DNA of 64,000 nt from Proteiniphilum sp. UBA5283 (GTDB lineage Bacteria > Bacteroidota > Bacteroidia > Bacteroidales > Dysgonomonadaceae), in assembly GCA_002408485.1 (NCBI GenBank), contig DHSP01000029.1, positions 1,977 to 65,976 on the forward strand, read 5' to 3'. Under the pieces are notes generated by a model. That model was not told where the DNA came from and did no database searches. It saw only the letters and a program-made list of their open reading frames with translations. Made by a program: the position numbers and the translations under genes. Within the stretch, counting starts at the first letter, position 1. Every line of letters begins with the position of its first letter. Shown piece after piece: positions 41,809-51,375 of the stretch.

Positions 41809-44800
41809 CTATGTTTCCTGATTAATAAGGGAACTGGGGGTCATATTGTATTGTTTTACAAAGCAGCGGGTGAAATATTTGGGATCGTTGAATCCTACCC
41901 GATAGGCGATCTCCGAGACAATGATGTTGTTGTTCCTGTTTTTTTCCAATATTTTTCGGGCAATCTTCAGACGGTAAAGCAGAAGAAACCGTACAGGGGG
42001 AACGCCGGTAAGAGAGATAAATTTCTTATAGATGAGAGTGTAACTCATGTTCAGCTGAAGGATCAGTTCTTTCACTCCAAAGTTGGAGTCTGTAAAGTTT
42101 TTCTCGATAATCTGCATCACCTCATTCATGAATTGCTGATCAGATTTACCCACTTCCAACACCGAAAGGTTCATTTCTTCTTCCATAAACTTTTTTTGAC
42201 GCAAGTCCCTGTTTTTCATGATTGCGTCGATCTGCGCCATCAGGATTGACTCCTCGAAAGGCTTGGTGATGTACCCGTCTATTCCGTTGGCATAGCTCTC
42301 AATATAGGCACTCTCGCTCGAGTTGGCCGTAAGCAAAAGAAAAGGGATATGGCACAACTCCAGGTTATCGCGGATCTTCCTGCACAAAACGGCACCGTCG
42401 CTCACCGGCATCATCAGGTCAGAAACAATGAAATCAGGTAATATGTTCCGTGCTGCCTCATATCCCGTTTCTCCATTATTCGCTTCGGCCACATTGAATT
42501 TCTGTGAAAGCATCTTTTTGATGTAGTTCCGCATATCAGGATTGTCTTCCACCAGCAACAGATTAGGCTTATCCCGGTCAATGGGAATGAACGGTGTGAT
42601 GATGTCTTTTTCTGATTCCGGCGATAGTGTCTCCTGAACCTCTTCCGGATCGGCTTTCTCAGAAAGAAATACCGGAAAAAGGAGCCTGAAGGAAACGCCG
42701 GTCTTCATTGTCGATTTCACGGTAATGGTACCATTGAGCAGGGAGATCAGCTCTTTTACGATATGCAACCCGATTCCCGTGCTGCTTTGGTTAAAATGCG
42801 TAAATCCGTGCTGGTCCGGAATCCGGTAAAAACGGTTGAAAATTTTTTCACGCTCCTCCTTTTCGATGACGCTGCCACTGTTAGTGACCGAAATATACTG
42901 CATCAGGTTACCGGCATCATCTCTACACTGGCAGGCTCGAAGCGTAATTTTCCCCTTGTCGGGTGTGTATTTCACGGCATTCGACAAAAGATTATAAAGA
43001 ATTTTGTGTATTTTCTCTTTGTCTGAGATAATTTGATGGTGGAGCAAGCGGTAACAGGTATCCAGGTGGATTTGCCTGGCTTGCATCAGGTTGGCAAAGT
43101 CGGATGCAGTCTGATTAAACAATTGTGAAAGGTCGAAAGAAAGTGGCTGAAGGGCCAGGTTCTTGGTATCGAGTTTCTGCAGGTCAATAAGCTGATTGAT
43201 CATTGAAAGCAGGTAACGGGCATTCCGGTGAATCATCTCCAGGTTTTCCTTTCCTTCCGCGGTCCCTGTCTGTCGGATCAATTGCTCCGTAGGACCCAGT
43301 ATAAGCGTCAGCGGTGTTTTAAATTCATGGGCTACGTTGGTGAAGTAGGAGATCTTCTCCTTATTCATCTGTTCCATTTGCAGTGACATTTCGTAAATCT
43401 CATTCTTCTGTTTGTTGATTTCTTCATTTTGTAGTTGTAACTGTTCATTTTTCTCGAGGATGTCGGACTGTGAATGTTCTAGTTCTGCAATGGAAGTAAT
43501 CAGTGCCGAAGTGCGTTCCTCAATCTTGCCTTTTAACAGCATCTGGATATTTTTTTGTCTCCGTGTGTATCCATACAAGATATAGAGAAAAATTGCGATA
43601 CAGAACAACGCAACCATCGAGTAGAACCAGGTAGTCTGATAAAAGGGAGGATGCACAATGACGGTAAGAAATGTTCGTTCGGCAGACCAGGCATTGTCGT
43701 AATTGGTACACCATACTTCAAAGGTATATTTTCCAGCAGTAAGGTTTGTATATTTGGCATTTCTTTTTGCAAGCCCCACATTAGCCTTTTCGTTCAATTC
43801 CTGGATGCGGTGAAAATAAAATATTTTATCCTGGCCTGTGTAGTCAAGGCTGCTGAAAGTGAGTTCAAATGAATGATGTGGTGGATAAAGATGCAGCTCC
43901 TTTGCCTGGGTGATGGATGTGGATAGGTTTTTTTTATGCAAAAAAGGAATCATTTCCTGACCATTGCATTGTAAATTGGTCAGGGTAACTTTTCTCTCTT
44001 TTTTCTTGGGAAGGTTAATGAGCGGATTGAATGAAACCAATCCGTTTGTTGTCCCCAGTATTATTTGGTGGTCTGCGGTTTTGCATCCGGCTCTTTTATA
44101 AAATTGTTGAACCTGTAACCCCTCTTTTTCATCAAATTTAATCGCTCTTTTTGTATAGGAATTGAACAAATAGATCCCTCTCAGGGTGCTTATCCAGATA
44201 TTTCCGTTATCATCTTCCATTAGATTCGCAATACTTGAATCCGATAAGCCTGAGCGGGCAGCATAGTTGATGAAAGAGTATGTACCGTTTGAACTGTTGC
44301 TGTCGAGTTGGTAAATACCGTTTCCCATGCTGCCCAGGTAGATTTCGTTGTCTCGGGTTTCAAGGATACAGGTGATTTTTTCATTGATCTTGCTTAGCGG
44401 TTCATCCAGTTTGTTTTTGTAATAAATGCATTCATACCCGTTTCTATAGTCTTTCAGGTCGATGATGTAGATTCCGTTTCCACCGATCCAGAGGCGGGAT
44501 TGCGAATCAATAAGAATGGTGTGCATATTGTCCGGTATCTCCTTGGATCGGGTGTAATAGGGCAATCGGTTTATGTGCCCGGTGGCAAAGTCCAGCATTT
44601 GAATATGCCTGCTGCTACAAATCCAGAGTGAATTTCTGACCGTATCGAGGTAAAGATCATGAATCTCGTTGGAGAGTAATCCCGAATTTTCGGTGGTATA
44701 ATGCTCAAAAGAGGGACGGCGAAGATTGTTTTTCGATAATTTATCAATTCCTCCGCCAATGGTCGATATCCAGTAATCCCCCCGGAAATCCTGTACGATA

Positions 44801-46032
44801 TCGGTGATGCTGTTGTGTCCCAGTGAAGAAGGGACGTCCGCACGATGTCTGTGAAAGGTAAAAGTCTCTTCGTTTCTCATTTTGATGGCCAGTCCTCCGT
44901 CCATCATTCCTGCAAGCAGATTGCCTTCTTTGTCTTCCAATACACAGCTGATGATATGCGGGAGCCCGTTTTCAAAAGTCTGCATCGAATGGGAGAAGTG
45001 GATGTTTTTTGGCGCCATTATGTTGACACCTTCAAAATCGGAACCGACCCAGATACAATTGTCTTCATCCACGAATACCTTATTGATAATGTTGTTATTC
45101 AGCGATTTAGATCCTGGTTCTTTGCCAAATTGCACAAAATGTTCATTTCGTTGAAATATATTCACCCCGTTTCGTGTGGCTATGATGATGTCGCCCGAAT
45201 CATTCTTTGCAATATCCATAATGAAATTGGAGGAGATACTTTTCGGATCCCCGGGGTCATGCTGGTAGCGAGTATATTGATTTTTCTGGGTGTTCAGACA
45301 GTATAGCCCTGTTTGTGAGCCTATCCACAAGTAGTCACCAAAGGAAAAAAGTGCATTGATCGTCAAATGCGAAAAATCAAGACTGGTGGTGTAGGGAATC
45401 TGATGGTATCTTTCACGGGAGGTGGAGTTATAGCGGAGCAACAGATTCTTCCCGCCAACCCATATGTCATTCCCATGTCTGATGAAGGTATTTACATCCA
45501 CTCCCCTTTTCAATATCACAATCTCCTTGATACTCCTTTCTCTGTCCAGCATCACATAAGCGAGACAGTCGTTTGTGCCAATCCACAGATTTTGAAACTC
45601 ATCAATATATATGGATTGAACAGGTGTTGAGAGAATTTCTTTATTTGCGCCGTCGTATCCTTTAAGGAACTCTATATTTTCCTGCGGAAGATTAATCCTG
45701 AAAATGCCGGCATCAGACCCCACCCACAGATTCTGGAAATCATCTTCTTTGATATCGTAAATATAATTACTTTCAATAAACTGATGCGGATAGACAGAGC
45801 CTGCAGAGTAATGTTTTAAATCGTATCCGTCATAACGGTCTAACCCGTTGGAAGTGCCAAACCACATAAATGAATTTTTGTCCTTGTGAATTGCACGGAT
45901 TGAATTATCACACAACCCATTGTTAATGGTGAGATATGAAAAATTATATTCGTTTGGTTTTTCCTGTGCCGTCAACATTCCATCGAAGGTACAGCTCAGC
46001 AAATATAAGAGTGTTGCAGTTAGAAGTCTCAT
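41809..46032 (-). CDS. Hybrid two-component system sensor/regulator (beta-propeller, Y_Y_Y, TM, HisKA, HATPase, REC, AraC HTH)
   Basis: Motifs MWFGTSNGLDRYDG (Reg_prop repeats), YTNLTAGKYTFEV, FTNVAHEFKTPLTLI, NLLSNAVKYT, LLVEDN...SDLMMP and SEIAYRVGFNDPKYFTRCF. Confidence 0.97.
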   Translation of the reverse strand: MRLLTATLLYLLSCTFDGMLTAQEKPNEYNFSYLTINNGLCDNSIRAIHKDKNSFMWFGTSNGLDRYDGYDLKHYSAGSVYPHQFIESNYIYDIKEDDFQNLWVGSDAGIFRINLPQENIEFLKGYDGANKEILSTPVQSIYIDEFQNLWIGTNDCLAYVMLDRERSIKEIVILKRGVDVNTFIRHGNDIWVGGKNLLLRYNSTSRERYHQIPYTTSLDFSHLTINALFSFGDYLWIGSQTGLYCLNTQKNQYTRYQHDPGDPKSISSNFIMDIAKNDSGDIIIATRNGVNIFQRNEHFVQFGKEPGSKSLNNNIINKVFVDEDNCIWVGSDFEGVNIMAPKNIHFSHSMQTFENGLPHIISCVLEDKEGNLLAGMMDGGLAIKMRNEETFTFHRHRADVPSSLGHNSITDIVQDFRGDYWISTIGGGIDKLSKNNLRRPSFEHYTTENSGLLSNEIHDLYLDTVRNSLWICSSRHIQMLDFATGHINRLPYYTRSKEIPDNMHTILIDSQSRLWIGGNGIYIIDLKDYRNGYECIYYKNKLDEPLSKINEKITCILETRDNEIYLGSMGNGIYQLDSNSSNGTYSFINYAARSGLSDSSIANLMEDDNGNIWISTLRGIYLFNSYTKRAIKFDEKEGLQVQQFYKRAGCKTADHQIILGTTNGLVSFNPLINLPKKKERKVTLTNLQCNGQEMIPFLHKKNLSTSITQAKELHLYPPHHSFELTFSSLDYTGQDKIFYFHRIQELNEKANVGLAKRNAKYTNLTAGKYTFEVWCTNYDNAWSAERTFLTVIVHPPFYQTTWFYSMVALFCIAIFLYILYGYTRRQKNIQMLLKGKIEERTSALITSIAELEHSQSDILEKNEQLQLQNEEINKQKNEIYEMSLQMEQMNKEKISYFTNVAHEFKTPLTLILGPTEQLIRQTGTAEGKENLEMIHRNARYLLSMINQLIDLQKLDTKNLALQPLSFDLSQLFNQTASDFANLMQARQIHLDTCYRLLHHQIISDKEKIHKILYNLLSNAVKYTPDKGKITLRACQCRDDAGNLMQYISVTNSGSVIEKEEREKIFNRFYRIPDQHGFTHFNQSSTGIGLHIVKELISLLNGTITVKSTMKTGVSFRLLFPVFLSEKADPEEVQETLSPESEKDIITPFIPIDRDKPNLLLVEDNPDMRNYIKKMLSQKFNVAEANNGETGYEAARNILPDFIVSDLMMPVSDGAVLCRKIRDNLELCHIPFLLLTANSSESAYIESYANGIDGYITKPFEESILMAQIDAIMKNRDLRQKKFMEEEMNLSVLEVGKSDQQFMNEVMQIIEKNFTDSNFGVKELILQLNMSYTLIYKKFISLTGVPPVRFLLLYRLKIARKILEKNRNNNIIVSEIAYRVGFNDPKYFTRCFVKQYNMTPSSLINQET

Positions 46033-46087
46033 GATATAGTCGTATTGGTGCTGACAGACAAAAGTATTGTTTTTTTTTCATTTCATA

Positions 46088-46122
46088 CAAACATAAGATA
46101 GTAACAAATCATGATGGTGGAT
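46088..46122 (-). promoter_or_regulatory. Candidate HTCS-gene promoter with an ATCCACC half-site 27 bp upstream of the -7 box
   Basis: Minus strand ATCCACC starts at 46122 and TATGTTTG at 46095, the same 27-bp spacing as 40242/40269. A second -7 match lies at 46066-46059. Confidence 0.55.
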
Positions 46123-46176
46123 TTTTTCTTTTATAAGGGATACAAATCATCACGTACGTTCCAGATTGAAAAATTT

Positions 46177-46232
46177 GTCCTCCTAATATAAGAGTTTTAT
46201 TGCTTTCGATATAAAAAAACTCTTTATGTTTG
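46177..46232 (+). promoter_or_regulatory. Promoter of the GH43 lipoprotein: GTCCTCCT box 48 bp upstream of a -7 box
   Basis: GTCCTCCT at 46177 and TATGTTTG at 46225. Confidence 0.7.
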
Positions 46233-46262
46233 TATTGCAAAATTATATAAATTCGTGTAGCA

Positions 46263-47387
46263 ATGTGGAACAAGGATCAATATTTATCCCCGGCAAATAT
46301 CAGATATAAAAAAGATCGAGGTGCAAACGTGAAATACGTTTTTTTCGTATCGTTATTTTTTTGTGCACTGTGTTTACAAGGATGTTTCGATAGCAATGAT
46401 AACAAAAAGACGAAGAGCAAATATACACTTGTATCGGGGTGGGGTATACAGGAGGTGGCAACTGTTCCTTTTGATTCATTAACTGTTATCGATCCTTTTA
46501 TTCTGGCCGATGAGGCAACGCGCACCTATTATATGACAGGATCGGGTGGTATATTGTGGAAAAGTACCGATTTGCAGAACTGGAAAGGACCGTTTGGCTA
46601 TATTGAAATTGACACGACATCGTGGATGGGATCCAATCCGATGATATGGGCTCCCGAACTTCATTATTACAAGGGTAATTATTACTGCATTACCACATTT
46701 ACCAACACAGACATCGTCGTCGATACGGTTCCTGAGCGGTGCGATGTCCTGCGCAGGGGGACACACATCCTTATTGCCGACAGGGCCGAGGGTCCCTATC
46801 GACCGATGAATGACAACCTTTACCTGCAGGAGGATTGGTCTACACTCGACGGCACGCTGTGGGAAGAGGATGGAATCCCTTATCTGGTTTATAATCATGA
46901 CTGGATGCAATTGGTGGATGGAGCGATAAAATATGTGCCGCTTACCGCTGATTTATCCGGCACAACCGGTGAGTCGGTGCTTCTTTTCTCTGCGTCGGAT
47001 GCACCATGGCCCAGAGAGATGCAATCGATCGGCGAATTAACCTTTGGAATGTCTTTGGGGGGCTACGTCTCTGATGGTCCCTTTCTTTTCAGGACCGGCA
47101 CAGGACGTCTCGGAATGTTATGGTCCAGCTGGAGCAGCCATCGCTATGCACAGGGAGTGGCTTATTCTGCAACGGGCCGTTTGGCCGGGCCGTGGATTCA
47201 ACAGGAAGAACCTCTTTTGGATCAGAACACAGGACATGGGATGTTGTTTCAGACCTTTGAAGGTAAAACACTTCTCTCGTTACACTCCCAGAGCCTGGAG
47301 GAGAACCCCGGTCCCCGAAAACCCGTGCTGCTGGAGGTCGATCTATCGGGTGATTTCCTGAAAATAATAGGGAGATATAATCCCTGA
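46263..47387 (+). CDS. GH43 single-domain hydrolase (GH43_17-like), probable lipoprotein
   Basis: Motifs DPFILAD, IWAPELHYYKG, TLDGTL, YVSDGPFLF and GHGMLF. Lipobox LQGC; the true start may be GTG at 46329. Confidence 0.88.
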   Translation: MWNKDQYLSPANIRYKKDRGANVKYVFFVSLFFCALCLQGCFDSNDNKKTKSKYTLVSGWGIQEVATVPFDSLTVIDPFILADEATRTYYMTGSGGILWKSTDLQNWKGPFGYIEIDTTSWMGSNPMIWAPELHYYKGNYYCITTFTNTDIVVDTVPERCDVLRRGTHILIADRAEGPYRPMNDNLYLQEDWSTLDGTLWEEDGIPYLVYNHDWMQLVDGAIKYVPLTADLSGTTGESVLLFSASDAPWPREMQSIGELTFGMSLGGYVSDGPFLFRTGTGRLGMLWSSWSSHRYAQGVAYSATGRLAGPWIQQEEPLLDQNTGHGMLFQTFEGKTLLSLHSQSLEENPGPRKPVLLEVDLSGDFLKIIGRYNP

Positions 47388-47400
47388 TGATATCTCCCTA
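47368..47400. terminator. Stem-loop at the convergent GH43/GH9-like junction
   Basis: 11-bp perfect stem TAGGGAGATAT/ATATCTCCCTA spanning the GH43 stop. No U-tract. Confidence 0.45.
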
Positions 47401-47440
47401 CCAGCTATGCCGCGAGATTGTCGCCTGAATGCTTTCTCTC

Positions 47441-50074
47441 TCAATTTGTGTTTTCGTTTTCTTGATTGATCTCTTTCGCAAGCTCTTCCACCGCAAGGGA
47501 TAAAAAGATAAAAGGGGTGGCAGAGGTGATGATGGCCTCATTTTGTCCCCATATAAATGGCCAGTCATCTTTGTTTTCATAAAAATCAGGCTGCAGGAGC
47601 AATAAACCCGGCACAACACCACCGGCAATAAAGGAAAAATCGGCCCGGTTGCTGCCATAAGTGACCTTTTTTGATCGTGCGCCTACCGCTGCCACAAAGG
47701 AGAGGTTTGAATAGGGGTGGCACCCCAACAGATAGTTCATTGCTTTGAAAACATGTTCTCTATCCATTATCCCCGGATAATATTTGTGAATAAGATAGTT
47801 GTAATTGCCCCATTTCATGATGGGCGTGTTGCCGGCCCATCCGCGACCTCCGATGGTCACCCCGTAAGGATTGCCGGCATCTATCTGGTCTATCTGCTCC
47901 TTGTACTTGAGAATATAGGGGCGAAGCTTCCGATGAAACTCTTCATTCATATGCGGAAAAGCCATGAGAGCATAGGTGATGGCGTTGTCAATCCACATAT
48001 TCCCCGGGCTGTCGGAAATGTTCCTTCGTCCTGTTGCCTCTAATTGTTTCCAGAGAGCTTCTTCGAATACTTTCCTAAATCGATCTTCTTTGGTTGTGAT
48101 ATAAAGCTGCAATGCAGAAGAGATCTTTCCACCACTCCGTTGGTTGAAAGATCCGTCGACCGGCTCTTGCTGGATTTTCTCCGTCGTTTCGTTTTCATCC
48201 CACATCTTACGTGCACAATCGAGCGCTCTGCGCGATAAGTCGGGGTTAAACGCTTGCAATGCCCTGCTGGCTGCAGCCAGTGCTGCCGCCGTAGAATGGT
48301 CCAGAAAAGGTGAACGTGTGGTGAAAACCCATCTGTCATCCATGGTCCCGCTACTTATTCCGTCCGTCTCATAGGGTTTCAGTTCGGAATTGTATGGCAG
48401 ATTGTCGGTGATGGTAGCGGCGTCGCCAAGATGGTGGTATTGATGCAGATTGCCCACGATAATTCCCCTCGCAGGGTGTCCAATGTTTTCTATTTGTGCG
48501 ACAAGTGCCAGAGTTCCATGTTCAATCTGCTGCAACAGATCATTTTTTTTATCCGGGCGATGGATATCCACGTATTGTGTTTTCTGATCGACAAAGGTCA
48601 TGTCTCGATCCGGTGAAAATGTTTCATAAATCTGAACAAGATCCATCACCACGGCATTGTGTGAGCCGGTCTGTATATCAAAATCGCCGGCATCATACCA
48701 TCCTCCGACATTAAGCCCGGGAATTCGTTCAAAGGGTTTGAACCGGGTATATGTGGTGTCACCCATACTATACCCGTCAAAATGATTGTGGTTGAGAGGT
48801 GCCTGCAGTGCATCATCCTGATAGGGATTGCCGTGCCAGGTTCGATAACCCTCGTTTACGGTCATGTGATCCATCTGAACGGGCAACCAGACATCCATCG
48901 TCTTATGCCAGATACCCTGATACACATCGCGCGAAATGGGGAAGGCATTGGTCCTTCTCCCATTGTATTCAATACAATAGATGCCTGTCTCCGTGACGGT
49001 GCTAAAATCAAACTGCAGATAATTGTACCGCATATATCTACCCCAGGACTTTGTCTTCCCGTAGTATTCCGGTATCAGGGAGCCCTCGCCGGTAATTCTG
49101 TAAAGGGTCGCTTCCCCTGCCGGTGTATCGTTCCTGTCCAATTCAATCACTGCAATCTTTTGCTGTGCTGGTGTGTAACCAACCTGAGAAAATCCGATAT
49201 TGGGTTCTCTTACCCATTTGTCAATGGTGCTAGGCTCCACATACCACTCCAACACTTTGCCACTTTTTCCGGAGGGCAGCATTGAACGAAATACATACCA
49301 CCCGTTTTGTGCCAGGAGGCGTCCGTCAAACAGCATGATTTCGCTCTCCGACTGAATAGTGATCTTTCGCTCAGGGTCATCCGGCGCCAGCACAAACGTT
49401 CGGGCTCTTGAGAATGGAAGAGGTACAGGAAATTCATTTCTCCCCCGATCATCAAAGGTGGTGTGATGGTAAATCTGCTGTATCTTCTCCTTCCCGGGCC
49501 TCATTTCTGTCTCGCCAGAAGGATAACGGGGAAAGAGACCCGGTTTTCCGTCCGCAAAATAGGGGCTTTCCCAGTAGGCGGAAGGGAGAAATTCAATGTT
49601 AAATCCTGCTCGTCCCTCCAATGCTGCCGGCAGCGGCTTCTCCAGGATGACCGCGATACGAAACCCCTTTTTATCTGATGTGACCTTTATTTCGCTGTTG
49701 AAATCGAAATCTTCGTAACGTAACAGAGTAGAGATGGATTGATCTTCTTTATGAACAGTCCGGCTTATAATCTCCGGGACCAAATCCCATTGTTCGGGCG
49801 TATGTTGCAAACGCACTGCCCCACCGGTAGCTGTGCGTACTCCATGGTGTATCAACTCCACTCCCGCGGTTTTTTCGTCAAAGAAGATGGGGTTATACCT
49901 GTTGCTGTAAACCAGTACGTTTATTCCATCTGCTTCAAAATAATCCAGCTCATTTAATTGCAGATGCTGTCCCCTCACAGCGCAATGGCATAGAAGGAGC
50001 AGCAGCAACATGGTAGCAAGTCGACAATTCGGGATTTGATTATTCCACTGATCCGGCTTGTTGTCAGATGTCAT
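47441..50074 (-). CDS. GH9-like (alpha/alpha)6 glycoside hydrolase with Ig-like domain and ~250-aa N-terminal domain of unknown function
   Basis: Ig-like SQVGYTPAQQKIAVI...FDFSTVTETGIY, plus GGWYDAGD, YLLGCHP...SFV and C-terminal QNEAII. Confidence 0.8.
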   Translation of the reverse strand: MTSDNKPDQWNNQIPNCRLATMLLLLLLCHCAVRGQHLQLNELDYFEADGINVLVYSNRYNPIFFDEKTAGVELIHHGVRTATGGAVRLQHTPEQWDLVPEIISRTVHKEDQSISTLLRYEDFDFNSEIKVTSDKKGFRIAVILEKPLPAALEGRAGFNIEFLPSAYWESPYFADGKPGLFPRYPSGETEMRPGKEKIQQIYHHTTFDDRGRNEFPVPLPFSRARTFVLAPDDPERKITIQSESEIMLFDGRLLAQNGWYVFRSMLPSGKSGKVLEWYVEPSTIDKWVREPNIGFSQVGYTPAQQKIAVIELDRNDTPAGEATLYRITGEGSLIPEYYGKTKSWGRYMRYNYLQFDFSTVTETGIYCIEYNGRRTNAFPISRDVYQGIWHKTMDVWLPVQMDHMTVNEGYRTWHGNPYQDDALQAPLNHNHFDGYSMGDTTYTRFKPFERIPGLNVGGWYDAGDFDIQTGSHNAVVMDLVQIYETFSPDRDMTFVDQKTQYVDIHRPDKKNDLLQQIEHGTLALVAQIENIGHPARGIIVGNLHQYHHLGDAATITDNLPYNSELKPYETDGISSGTMDDRWVFTTRSPFLDHSTAAALAAASRALQAFNPDLSRRALDCARKMWDENETTEKIQQEPVDGSFNQRSGGKISSALQLYITTKEDRFRKVFEEALWKQLEATGRRNISDSPGNMWIDNAITYALMAFPHMNEEFHRKLRPYILKYKEQIDQIDAGNPYGVTIGGRGWAGNTPIMKWGNYNYLIHKYYPGIMDREHVFKAMNYLLGCHPYSNLSFVAAVGARSKKVTYGSNRADFSFIAGGVVPGLLLLQPDFYENKDDWPFIWGQNEAIITSATPFIFLSLAVEELAKEINQENENTN

Positions 50075-50082
50075 CGGAAGCG

Positions 50083-51372
<1,290 letters not shown>

Positions 51373-51375
51373 GCT

